From contig NZ_AP014945.1 of assembly GCF_001548275.1 (NCBI RefSeq), positions 1,290,001 to 1,322,000 on the forward strand: a stretch of DNA of 32,000 nt, written 5' to 3'. Below are positions 19,264 to 28,164 of the stretch, one piece after another. The stretch's first letter is position 1; every line of letters begins with the position of its first letter. This stretch comes from Caldimicrobium thiodismutans (GTDB taxonomy: Bacteria; Desulfobacterota; Thermodesulfobacteria; Thermodesulfobacteriales; Thermodesulfobacteriaceae). A program made the position numbers and the translations under genes. The notes below the pieces were generated by a model. It was not told the origin of the DNA, searched no databases, and was given only the letters and a program-made list of their open reading frames with translations.

Positions 19264-19301
19264 AGGTTTGAGAGGCCTTGAAGATAAGGCTTCTCAAACC
19301 T
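19264..19301 (+). promoter_or_regulatory. 14-bp inverted repeat / stem-loop in the qmoA leader
   Basis: AGGTTTGAGAGGCC (19264-19277) pairs with GGCTTCTCAAACCT (19288-19301): 13 Watson-Crick pairs plus one G-U (19274-19291). The loop is 10 nt. No T-tract follows. It ends 27 nt before the qmoA ATG. Confidence 0.55.
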
Positions 19302-19328
19302 GAAAAGAAAGAGGTAAAGGAGGTTGAA

Positions 19329-20570
19329 ATGGGAAGCTCAACTATATTAGTCGTGGGTGGTGGAATTAGTGGTGTTACCGCTGCTATTGAGGCAGCAGAG
19401 ATGGAGACAGATGTTGTTCTTGTTGAAAGAGAGCCAACTCTTGGAGGAAGGGTAGGACAGTTGAGATATTACTTTCCTAAGCTTTGTCCTCCAACTTGTG
19501 GTTTAGAAATTAATTACAAAAGAATGAAGGTTAATCCCCATCTAACGGTTTATACCATGACGGATGTTTTAGAAATTAGTGGTAGTGCCGGTAATTATAA
19601 AATAAAACTCAGAAAAAAGCCTCGTTATGTAAATGAAAATTGCACTGCCTGTGGTGAATGTGAAAAGGTATGTGAGGGAGAAAGAATTAGTAGTTTTGAT
19701 TTTGGGCTCGGGAAGACCAAGGCCATTTACTTACCCTCTCCAATGGCTTTTCCGATGAGATATGTTTTGGATAAAGATGCATTGGCTCCCGGAGATTTAG
19801 AGAGAATTCAATCCGCCTGTAAATATAATGCAATAGATCCGGATATGAAGGAAGAGATCTTTGAGATTGAGGCAGGAGCCATAATTTGGGCCACAGGTTG
19901 GAAACTTTATGATGCAACAAAGCTTGATAATCTTGGATATGGAAGGTTTGCTAATGTAATTACTAATATGCAGATGGAGAGAATGGCCTCTCCCTGGGGG
20001 CCAACGGGAGGAAATATTATAAGGCCTTCAGATGGAAATGTTCCTCAAAGAGTTGCTTTTGTCCAGTGTGCAGGATCTCGTGATGAGAACCATCTGCCTT
20101 ACTGTTCTTATATCTGTTGTCTCGCCAGTCTCAAGCATAGTCTCTACTTAGCAGAAAAAGCTCCAGATACGGAATCTTTAATTTTTTATATTGACATAAG
20201 AACACCTGGAAGATATGAAAAATTTTTAAGAAGGGCACAAAATGAGGCTAAGGTTAATTTTATTAAGGGAAAAGTAGCCAAAATTGAAGAGGATCCAGCT
20301 ACAAAAGATTTAATAGTTACTGCTGAGGATACTTTAACTGGAAAGAAGGTGCATGAAAAGGTCAATATGGTTGTTTTAGCCTTGGGAATGCAGCCAAGTA
20401 TTGTGGACGAAAAAATCTCAGGTCTTCCTCAGGATGAGTATGGGTTTGTTCTTGAGAGTGATGGAATTATTCCTGTTGGGTGTGCTAAAAAGCCTCTTGA
20501 TGTTATGACCTCTAATGAGACTGCAACAGGTGCTGTTATTAAGGCATTACAAATTATAAAAAGGGCTTAA
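19329..20570 (+). CDS. qmoA: quinone-interacting membrane-bound oxidoreductase subunit A (HdrA-like flavoprotein)
   Basis: ILVVGGGISGVTAAIEAAE FAD fold, an FeS motif CTACGECEKVC, and HdrA-type VQCAGSRDENHLPYCS.ICC. ATG at 19329 follows AAGGAGG. The track's TTG at 19278 lies in the loop of the leader hairpin. Confidence 0.92.
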   Translation: MGSSTILVVGGGISGVTAAIEAAEMETDVVLVEREPTLGGRVGQLRYYFPKLCPPTCGLEINYKRMKVNPHLTVYTMTDVLEISGSAGNYKIKLRKKPRYVNENCTACGECEKVCEGERISSFDFGLGKTKAIYLPSPMAFPMRYVLDKDALAPGDLERIQSACKYNAIDPDMKEEIFEIEAGAIIWATGWKLYDATKLDNLGYGRFANVITNMQMERMASPWGPTGGNIIRPSDGNVPQRVAFVQCAGSRDENHLPYCSYICCLASLKHSLYLAEKAPDTESLIFYIDIRTPGRYEKFLRRAQNEAKVNFIKGKVAKIEEDPATKDLIVTAEDTLTGKKVHEKVNMVVLALGMQPSIVDEKISGLPQDEYGFVLESDGIIPVGCAKKPLDVMTSNETATGAVIKALQIIKRA

Positions 20571-20583
20571 AAGGAGGTAAAAG

Positions 20584-22785
20584 ATGGATAAAATTGGTGT
20601 CTTTATATGTAGGAGTTGTGGAATTGCTGAAAGATTAAATATAGAGGAATTGGAAGCAAAAGCAAGGGAACAGGGTGTAAATTCTGTATATAGTGCCGAA
20701 TTTTTATGTTCTAAAGAGGGCAAGGAATTTATAAATTCTAAAATAGAGGCAGATGGGCTTGATGCAGTTTCCATATGTGCTTGTTCTTTCAGAGTTAACT
20801 ATGATGTATTTAATTTTGGTAAAGTAGCAGTTGATAGAGTTAGTTTGAGAGAAGGAGTTGTCTGGAGCAGGTTTCCAATGGGAGATAGTGGAGAGATTCT
20901 TGATGATTCAACTGAGATAGCAAGTGGAGTCTCCTTTAAAGATGAGCTTATGGCTTTGGCTAAGGATTATATTAATATGAGTATAGCTAAACTAAGATCC
21001 TATAAGCTTCCAGAACCTTTCAAACCAGAAGAAGAACTTTCTAAAACCATTCTTGTTATAGGTGGAGGAGTAGCCGGTCTTACTGCTTCTCTTGAATGTG
21101 CAAAAGCTGGGTATGATGTTATTCTCGTAGAAAAGGAAAAGGAGCTTGGTGGTTTTGCTGCTAAGATGAAGTCTCATTGCGAGACAAAACCCCCTTATAA
21201 GAATCTTGTTGAACCAGTGGTAAAGAGTTTAATTTCTGAGGTTGAAAGCAATGACCTGATTAAAGTATACAAGAGTGCAACAGTTACAAATATTAACGGC
21301 GGGCCAGGTCTTTATAATGTCAAAATAAAGCAGGGAGGGAAGGAAGAAGAGGTTCGGATTGGTGCAATTGTTCTTGCTGCAGGATTTAAACCCTATGATC
21401 CTACCAAGTTAGCCCATTTAGGGTATGGAGAAGTCCCAAATGTGATGACTAATGTGGAATTTGAGAAGATGGCTGCAGAGGGGAAGCTTGTCAGACCATC
21501 AGATGGAGCTCCTATTAAGAGTATTCTATTTATTCAATGCGCAGGACAAAGGGATGAAAATCATCTTGCCTATTGTTCAAGTTTTTGCTGTCTTGCCAGC
21601 CTTAAACAGGCCAAGTATATAAGGGAAGCGGATTCTGAGGCTAAAGCATATATTGTTTACGAATATATGAGAACTATGGGAATTTATGAAAACTTTTATA
21701 AAACACTACAGGATGATCCAGGGGTTTTTTTGACTAAGGGTGAGGTTGTAAGTGTAAGTAAAGGAGAAAATGGTAAGGTTAAGGTGGTTGTAGATAATAC
21801 TTTGCTTGGTGAAAAGGTGGAGCTTGAAGTGGATGCGGTAGTCTTAGCAACGGGTATGGTTCCGGTAACAGCTGATGAGGCGGTTCTCAATCTGGAATAT
21901 AGGCAAGGTCCAGCTCTTCCTGAGCTTGAACTTTTTTATGGTTATGCAGACTCTAATTATATCTGTTTCCCCTATGAGACAAGGAGAACAGGTATTTATG
22001 CTGCAGGTGCGGTGCATCAACCTATGACCATTGACCAAGCTATTGAAGATGCCCGAGGAGCTGCTTTAAAGGCTATACAGTGTCTCACTGCCATAGAGGT
22101 TGGACATGCGGTGCATCCAAGAACCTGGGATTTTGCCTATCCTGAGTGGGACTTAAAGATGTGCACCCAGTGTAAGAGATGCACTGAAGAGTGTCCCTTT
22201 GGAGCCCTGAATGAAGATGAAAAGGCATTTCCTATACCTTTTATTACCCGCTGTAGAAGATGTGGCACCTGTTTTGGGGCCTGTCCACAGAGAATTATTA
22301 ACTTCAAAGATTACTCTATAGACATGATTGGAAGTATGATTAAAGCAACGGAGATGCCTGAGCAGGGATATGAACAATACAGGTTTATGGCCTTTGTCTG
22401 TGAGAATGATGCTTATCCTGCACTTGATATGTTAGCTTATAAGAGAATGAATCTTCCTGTTTACTTTAGAGTTATTCCTGTTAGATGCCTTGGAGCAGTA
22501 AATGTATCCTTTATCAAGGATGCTATGAGTAAGGGCTATGACGGTATCATACTTCTTGGCTGTAAGTATGGTGAAAACTATCAATGCCACTTTATTAAGG
22601 GAAGTGAACTTGCCAATCGTAGAATGGAAAATGTTCAAGAAACTTTACAACAACTTGCTCTTGAAATGGAAAGAGTTTCTATTGATACAGTAGCCATAGA
22701 TGAGATTGAAAAGCTTGCTGAGAAAACGAAAGAATTTGCAGAGACCATAAAAGGCTATGGTGAAAATCCATTTAAAGGCTGGTAA
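20584..22785 (+). CDS. qmoB: Qmo subunit B (HdrA-like flavoprotein with C-terminal MvhD-like domain)
   Basis: ILVIGGGVAGLTASLECAK, IQCAGQRDENHLAYCSSFCC, 2x[4Fe-4S] CTQCKRCTEECP / CRRCGTCFGACP, and a C-terminal FVCENDAYPA...IPVRCLG......GILLLGC (MvhD-like). Confidence 0.92.
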   Translation: MDKIGVFICRSCGIAERLNIEELEAKAREQGVNSVYSAEFLCSKEGKEFINSKIEADGLDAVSICACSFRVNYDVFNFGKVAVDRVSLREGVVWSRFPMGDSGEILDDSTEIASGVSFKDELMALAKDYINMSIAKLRSYKLPEPFKPEEELSKTILVIGGGVAGLTASLECAKAGYDVILVEKEKELGGFAAKMKSHCETKPPYKNLVEPVVKSLISEVESNDLIKVYKSATVTNINGGPGLYNVKIKQGGKEEEVRIGAIVLAAGFKPYDPTKLAHLGYGEVPNVMTNVEFEKMAAEGKLVRPSDGAPIKSILFIQCAGQRDENHLAYCSSFCCLASLKQAKYIREADSEAKAYIVYEYMRTMGIYENFYKTLQDDPGVFLTKGEVVSVSKGENGKVKVVVDNTLLGEKVELEVDAVVLATGMVPVTADEAVLNLEYRQGPALPELELFYGYADSNYICFPYETRRTGIYAAGAVHQPMTIDQAIEDARGAALKAIQCLTAIEVGHAVHPRTWDFAYPEWDLKMCTQCKRCTEECPFGALNEDEKAFPIPFITRCRRCGTCFGACPQRIINFKDYSIDMIGSMIKATEMPEQGYEQYRFMAFVCENDAYPALDMLAYKRMNLPVYFRVIPVRCLGAVNVSFIKDAMSKGYDGIILLGCKYGENYQCHFIKGSELANRRMENVQETLQQLALEMERVSIDTVAIDEIEKLAEKTKEFAETIKGYGENPFKGW

Positions 22786-22797
22786 GGAGGAAGCCCT

Positions 22798-23997
22798 ATG
22801 AGTAATGCTATTTTAAAAGTTGATGCGGATTTGTCCGCAGTTAAAGAAATTCAAGGTATAGGTGGAGATACGGTAAAGAGATGCTATCAGTGTGCAACCT
22901 GTTCAAGTGTATGCCCTCTGGCACCCGATGAGGCACCTTTTCCAAGAAAACAAATGATACTTGCCCAGTGGGGTTTTAGAGAAAAGCTTCTTTCTGATCC
23001 AAATGTATGGCTTTGCCATCAGTGTGGTGATTGCACCAAGTATTGTCCCAGAAATGCTCGGCCTGGTGATGTGCTTGCCTCTTTAAGGCTTCTTGTGACA
23101 AAGGAGCTTGTGCCTTTTAAGTTTATGAACACCTTTTATAGTAATCTTTGGGGGTTGCCTATTTTAATCTTAATTGCCCTGGCCTTTATTTTGCCAGTGC
23201 TCTTTCTTACTTTTGGAGGTGTTCCTGATTTTTCTGATCCCGTATCCTTTCCATATAATCCTGAGCTCCACTATAAAATAGGATTTATAGATTTACCAGC
23301 GAGAGTTTTGATGATTGATTTAATCTTTCTTCCATTAGCAACTTTTGTCGTAGTTCTTATGGCTAATGCGGTAAATAAGATGTGGAATACCTATCTTGAA
23401 TATTACAAGATTCCTCAGGCTTATCGACTTGGTGCCGTTACTATAATTAAAACTTATCTTGGCCCAGCTTTGAAGGAGATCCTTGCCCATAGCAGATTTG
23501 AAAAGTGTGATGCTAATTCCTGGAGAGCCAATCCTCATAAAATGCTCTTTTATGCCTTTATTATCCTTTTCATTACTACAGGCACCGTATTTATCTTGGC
23601 GGATATCCTTGGGATGCATACTCCCTGGAATCCCTTTACCCATCCTGTTAAATGGCTTGGTAATATTGGTGGTATATTGCTTCTTTACGGAGTTATTTCT
23701 CTTATATCAGGGAGAAATAGAGCAGTGCTTGAGAATTCACTCAAGACGGCTTATCCAGATGCCTTTCTATTATGGCTCATTTTGTTTGTGGGTATTACTG
23801 GATTCGGAATTGAAGTTGTCAGAATGGTTCCAGTCTTTTATAACTTTTCAGCCTTTGTTTATTTGGCTCATCTTGTTTGTGTCTTCTTGCTCTTTTTAGC
23901 TATTCCATATGGAAAATTTTCTCATCTTGTTTTTAGAACAACAGCAGTTGTTTTTGATCTGTATTACAAAGATACATTGAAAAAACAATCTTCATAA
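22798..23997 (+). CDS. qmoC: Qmo subunit C (HdrC-like FeS domain fused to HdrE/NarI-like heme-b membrane domain)
   Basis: N-terminal CYQCATCSSVCP and CHQCGDCTKYCP, followed by about 6 TM helices with conserved His residues. Confidence 0.9.
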   Translation: MSNAILKVDADLSAVKEIQGIGGDTVKRCYQCATCSSVCPLAPDEAPFPRKQMILAQWGFREKLLSDPNVWLCHQCGDCTKYCPRNARPGDVLASLRLLVTKELVPFKFMNTFYSNLWGLPILILIALAFILPVLFLTFGGVPDFSDPVSFPYNPELHYKIGFIDLPARVLMIDLIFLPLATFVVVLMANAVNKMWNTYLEYYKIPQAYRLGAVTIIKTYLGPALKEILAHSRFEKCDANSWRANPHKMLFYAFIILFITTGTVFILADILGMHTPWNPFTHPVKWLGNIGGILLLYGVISLISGRNRAVLENSLKTAYPDAFLLWLILFVGITGFGIEVVRMVPVFYNFSAFVYLAHLVCVFLLFLAIPYGKFSHLVFRTTAVVFDLYYKDTLKKQSS

Positions 23998-24010
23998 GAA
24001 GAGTTTCCTT

Positions 24011-24044
24011 AGGGCCCCTTATAAGGAGGGGCCTTTATTTATTT
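24011..24044 (+). terminator. Rho-independent terminator after qmoC
   Basis: Stem 24012-24019 (GGGCCCCT) pairs with 24027-24034 (AGGGGCCT): 7 Watson-Crick pairs plus a terminal G-U. Loop TATAAGG, followed by the T-rich TTTATTTATTT. Confidence 0.6.
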
Positions 24045-24068
24045 CAATTTTGGTCTATAATTTAAAAA

Positions 24069-26423
24069 ATGCGTCTTAATGTGCTTTTTTTTATTATTTT
24101 TTTCTTTGTATTTTCTTTTTTTATAACCATTAATCTTTTTTTTGAGAGGTCCTTTCAAAAGGAGTCTTTAGACCTAAGTCATAAAGAATTAGGCCTATTA
24201 ACTCAAAATCTAGCAGAAAAACTTTCATTTATTCTTAATATTGTGCCTCAAAAATATAGTTCAATTTCAAATTATTTAAGAAGTCAAGGGAATGTTTTAA
24301 AAATTGATAAAGAATTTATTTCCTCTTTTTTTGTAAAAGATTTAGAGAATTTATCCGGACTTAAAGTAGAATTTGTGTATAATTATGAAAAGATCAAAGA
24401 TAAGGAAAGTTTTAATGTTGAAACGGATTTTTCTGAAAGAAAGATACTTTATCTTCTTCCTTTTGAATCTAACGGACAGGCAATCTTGGCACAAATTTCC
24501 ATTAGTTTAGATGAAATATTTCAAAAAAACCTAAAACCCATTAAACTTACCCCCAAGGGACATGCCTGGTTAATATCTAAAGAGGGAACCCTGATTTATC
24601 ATCCTACTCAACCCGGTATGATTGGGAATAATATTTATTCAAATAATCCAATCTGTTTTAAATGTCATAAGAGCTTTGAAGCAGAAAAGATGATTCTTAA
24701 AGAGTCTATTAAAAGTGGATACCACTATTATTATTCCCCTGAAAAATTAGACAAAGTAATTTATTATGCAAAGGTCCCTGTTTTTGATCAGGAATGGATC
24801 CTTTGCGTTAGTATCCCTTATGATGAATTACAGTCAGCTATAAATAAAAGTATGAAGCTACATTCTTTAATAGTTATATCTATTTTTTTATCTATGATAA
24901 TTCTGGGAACCCTCTTTTATTATATTAATACAAAGCGTATTGCAGCTGAGGAGAAATTGAAATTTTATGCATTATTAGAGGGTATTATTGAGAGTACTCA
25001 ATCCAAAATTGTAGTTATGGATAAGACTTATAAAATAGTTTTAGCTAATACTCCTTATGCTAATTTATTGAAAAGACCTAAAGAGGAGATTTTAGGAATA
25101 AACTTTTTTGAAATATGTCCTCAACAAATAGAGATGTATAGAGTAACATTAAAAGAATTAATTAATAGATCTTTTAATGGTGAATATAGTGAATTAATGG
25201 GATATCCTTTAAAGGAAAATGGAGAAATTAAGTATTATCACATAACAGTAAATCCTCTTAAAGAGGGGACTGAGATTACGGGAGCAGTGCTTACCTGTGA
25301 TGATATAACTGAGGAGGTAGCTTTACGGGAACAAATTAAAGAATATGCTAATCAACTTGAAAAATTAGTAGCTAAAAGGACAGAGGAATTACAAGCAGAA
25401 AAGGAAAAACTTTCTATTATTATGGAAACAGTTAATTCAGGTATTTGTTTAATTGACGAAGAGGGAACAATTACATGGATGAATTCAAAAATGGAGGACA
25501 TTCTTGAATTATATAAATATAAACAATTTTCAGACAAAATTAATATTTGTGAATTATTTAGTAAGATTGGAGATTGTTTAAATGCCCTTGCCTCTACCCA
25601 ATTTGTTCAGGAGATTTTAGTTCAAGGACAACGAAAGATTTTTCAGGTTCAGATAACCCCTGTTAGAACAGCAGAGGACAAAACAAATTATATTTGTCTG
25701 ATTCAGGATATAACTGACCTTAAATTAATGGAAGAGCGAATCATGCAATCGGAAAAACTTCAGGCCTTGGCAAGAATTTCGGCTGGCTTAGCTCATGAGA
25801 TAGGCAATCCTCTTACTTCTATTTCTTCTTATGTTCAAGTTCTTAAAGAGATGGATTTAGGAGATTTTGCCAATCAAGCCTTAGAAATTATCTCCAAGCA
25901 TATTTTGAGGATTTCTGAAATAATAAGAAATATTTCAAGTTTTGCTAAACCCTCTAAAGGAGAGGTATTTCCTGTTAAGATTAACGAAGTGCTCGAGGGA
26001 AGTCTTGCTCTTGTAAGATTTGATAAAAGAATGAAGGATATTAAGGTAAACTTGAACCTAAAGGAGGTTTCTGAGGTTTTGGTGGATCCAAATCAGCTTT
26101 CTCAAGTTTTTATTAATATCATTTTAAATGCAGCCGATGCCATGCCTGAGGGCGGAGACCTGACTATTGAGACTAAAGAAGAAGATGGTTATGTATTAGT
26201 TAGTTTTACTGATACTGGAATTGGCATTTCACCAGAAAATCTTCCTCATATATTTGATCCTTTTTTTACCACTAAGGAAAAGGGGACAGGGTTTGGTTTG
26301 TCTGTTTCTTATAGCATTGTCAAAAATTTTGGAGGAGACATTTTGGTTAAAAGCCAGATAGGTCAGGGCTCTACTTTTACAGTAAAACTACCTGTATATT
26401 CTTCACAAGGGGTGAGTGCTTGA
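24069..26423 (+). CDS. membrane sensor histidine kinase: TM, periplasmic Cache-like domain with CXXCH, TM, PAS, coiled coil, PAS, HisKA, HATPase
   Basis: N-terminal TM (LFFIIFFFVFSFFITINLFF) and a second TM (LIVISIFLSMIILGTLFYYI). Periplasmic GHAWLISKEGTLIYHP is Cache-like. CFKCH at 24654-24668. H-box LAHEIGNPL. N/G boxes NIILNAADAM, DTGIGI and GTGFGLS. Confidence 0.9.
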   Translation: MRLNVLFFIIFFFVFSFFITINLFFERSFQKESLDLSHKELGLLTQNLAEKLSFILNIVPQKYSSISNYLRSQGNVLKIDKEFISSFFVKDLENLSGLKVEFVYNYEKIKDKESFNVETDFSERKILYLLPFESNGQAILAQISISLDEIFQKNLKPIKLTPKGHAWLISKEGTLIYHPTQPGMIGNNIYSNNPICFKCHKSFEAEKMILKESIKSGYHYYYSPEKLDKVIYYAKVPVFDQEWILCVSIPYDELQSAINKSMKLHSLIVISIFLSMIILGTLFYYINTKRIAAEEKLKFYALLEGIIESTQSKIVVMDKTYKIVLANTPYANLLKRPKEEILGINFFEICPQQIEMYRVTLKELINRSFNGEYSELMGYPLKENGEIKYYHITVNPLKEGTEITGAVLTCDDITEEVALREQIKEYANQLEKLVAKRTEELQAEKEKLSIIMETVNSGICLIDEEGTITWMNSKMEDILELYKYKQFSDKINICELFSKIGDCLNALASTQFVQEILVQGQRKIFQVQITPVRTAEDKTNYICLIQDITDLKLMEERIMQSEKLQALARISAGLAHEIGNPLTSISSYVQVLKEMDLGDFANQALEIISKHILRISEIIRNISSFAKPSKGEVFPVKINEVLEGSLALVRFDKRMKDIKVNLNLKEVSEVLVDPNQLSQVFINIILNAADAMPEGGDLTIETKEEDGYVLVSFTDTGIGISPENLPHIFDPFFTTKEKGTGFGLSVSYSIVKNFGGDILVKSQIGQGSTFTVKLPVYSSQGVSA

Positions 26424-27778
26424 TGGAAAAACCGAGTATACTACTTGTGGATGATGAAGAAGACATCTTAAGTGTTCTTAAGTTTGTTCTTGAAAAAGAG
26501 GGATATCAAGTGGCAACAGCCCCGAGTGGTGAGGAGGCCCTTAAACTTATGGATAAAAATTATTTTGATATTGTGCTTTCTGATTTGAGGATGCCTGGTA
26601 TAGATGGAATTCAGCTTCTTGAAAGGGTAAAAGAGTTAAGCCCATCAACTGATGTTGTGATCATGACTGCTTATGCAAGTATTGATTCAGCTGTAACAGC
26701 TATAAAGAAGGGGGCATCAGATTATATTGTTAAGCCCTTTATTAATGAAGATGTTAAAATGCGCTTGAAAAGAATCCTTGAACACAAGAGTCTTCAAAAA
26801 GAGGTTGAGGCCTTAAGGTATCAGTTGAGTCAGAGGTTAAAAGGAGATATCTTTTGGGGAACCTCTCCCCAGATGCAGGAAATAATGAGACTATTAGAAC
26901 GAGTAATTCCCACTAAAAGCACAATCCTCATTTTAGGGGAATCTGGGACAGGAAAAGGAGTTTTAGCTGAATTTATTCATAATAACAGTCCTCGCCAAGA
27001 TAAACCCTTTATTAGTATTAATTGTTCCGCCATACCAGAGAATCTTCTTGAATCTGAACTATTTGGATACAAAAAAGGAGCCTTCACAGGAGCTATAACT
27101 GATAAAAAGGGACTTATTGAACTTGCTAATGGGGGAACGCTTTTCCTTGATGAAATAGGAGATATGCCATTAAATCTGCAGGCCAAGATACTTAAATTTT
27201 TAGAAACTGGTGAATTTATTCCTCTTGGAGACACCACTAAAAAACAGGTTGATGTAAGAATTCTTGCTGCAACCAATAAAAACCTTGAAGAGCTGATTAA
27301 AGAAGGAAAATTTAGAGAAGATTTGTATTTCCGTTTGAATGTAATAGAAATAAAGATTCCCCCTCTTAGGGAACGGCGGGAAGATATTCCTGCTTTGGTT
27401 TACTTTTTTATTGATAAGTTAACTAAGGAACATAATAAAAAAGTTAAGGGAATAACTAATGAAGCCCTTTCTTTTTTAATTAATTATGACTGGCCCGGCA
27501 ATGTTAGGGAGCTAAAAAATGTTATCGAACGGGCTGTTATTTTAGCAACTGGCGAGTTTATAACTGCTAATGAGCTTCCAGAAAGAATTAAGGGAAATAG
27601 AGGGTTAGAATTTCCAGCCAAAACCCTGAAAGAATCTTTGGAGGAATTCGAAAAAAATATAATTCTCAATACCCTTAAACAGGTAAATTACAATAAAGAA
27701 CAGACAGCTAAGATTTTGGGAATTGATTTAGCAACTCTTTACAGAAAACTAAAAAAGTATCAGATTGAAGAAATCTAA
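26423..27778 (+). CDS. sigma-54-dependent response regulator (NtrC family: REC, AAA+, Fis-type HTH)
   Basis: REC domain (LLVDDEE, SDLRMPG.DG, K at ..VKPF). Walker A GESGTGKG. GAFTGA loop at 27077-27094. Also contains DEIGDM, REDLY.RLN, WPGNVREL and a C-terminal HTH (QTAKILGIDLATLYRKLKKY). The ATG overlaps the kinase TGA by 1 nt. Confidence 0.93.
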   Translation: MEKPSILLVDDEEDILSVLKFVLEKEGYQVATAPSGEEALKLMDKNYFDIVLSDLRMPGIDGIQLLERVKELSPSTDVVIMTAYASIDSAVTAIKKGASDYIVKPFINEDVKMRLKRILEHKSLQKEVEALRYQLSQRLKGDIFWGTSPQMQEIMRLLERVIPTKSTILILGESGTGKGVLAEFIHNNSPRQDKPFISINCSAIPENLLESELFGYKKGAFTGAITDKKGLIELANGGTLFLDEIGDMPLNLQAKILKFLETGEFIPLGDTTKKQVDVRILAATNKNLEELIKEGKFREDLYFRLNVIEIKIPPLRERREDIPALVYFFIDKLTKEHNKKVKGITNEALSFLINYDWPGNVRELKNVIERAVILATGEFITANELPERIKGNRGLEFPAKTLKESLEEFEKNIILNTLKQVNYNKEQTAKILGIDLATLYRKLKKYQIEEI

Positions 27779-27780
27779 AA

Positions 27781-28062
27781 GTGTCTAAACCCTTTAAATT
27801 AGGATTTATAATTGGTTTTATATTAGGCATAGCTGTGGCTTTTATGCTTGATTTTGCCTTCAGAGATACCCTTGGAGGAACTTGGTTTGATGCGGTTTCT
27901 CAGGATCTCTCAAGAATTATGAAAAAAGAAATTTCCAAGGACTCCCCTCTTGTTTTCATTGGTGTTACTTCTGTGATTATGTTTATTGGTCTGATAGGAG
28001 GTATTTTAGGAGGCATAGCAGCAAAGATCGTTTTTGAATTTCTCAATTCTCTTGACTCCTAA
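27781..28062 (+). CDS. small two-TM membrane protein (93 aa), coupled to the response-regulator gene
   Basis: GTG lies 2 nt after the regulator's TAA. TM1 LGFIIGFILGIAVAFML. TM2 LVFIGVTSVIMFIGLIGGILGGIAA is Gly-zipper-like. No obvious SD, which is consistent with translational coupling. Confidence 0.6.
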   Translation: MSKPFKLGFIIGFILGIAVAFMLDFAFRDTLGGTWFDAVSQDLSRIMKKEISKDSPLVFIGVTSVIMFIGLIGGILGGIAAKIVFEFLNSLDS

Positions 28063-28123
28063 TTTTTTGCAATTCTGCCAAAAAAGAAAATATTTTTTAG
28101 TCATTTTTTTGCACATTTGCAAA
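28063..28123 (+). promoter_or_regulatory. candidate enhancer (UAS) elements: repeated TTTTTTGCA / TTTGCA motifs
   Basis: TTTTTTGCA at 28063-28071 and 28105-28113, 42 bp apart (about 4 helical turns). A third TTTGCA is at 28116-28121. TTTGCACATTTGCAAA (28108-28123) is a 14/16 palindrome. Confidence 0.3.
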
Positions 28124-28164
28124 GGACTTCCTTGTTAAATTAAGAAAGATCTTTCTTTTCTCTC

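Noticed and set aside
19278-19328. TTG-initiated 17-codon extension of qmoA
   Set aside because: The TTG lies in the loop of the leader hairpin. The AAGGAGG SD is placed for the ATG at 19329, which yields the normal HdrA-like N-terminus directly before the GGGxSG FAD fold.
28067-28081. Minus-strand reading TTGGCAGAATTGCAA as a divergent sigma-54 promoter
   Set aside because: The GG and GC are 9 nt apart instead of the required 12. No minus-strand gene lies in that direction, because the adjacent 93-aa gene is on the + strand.
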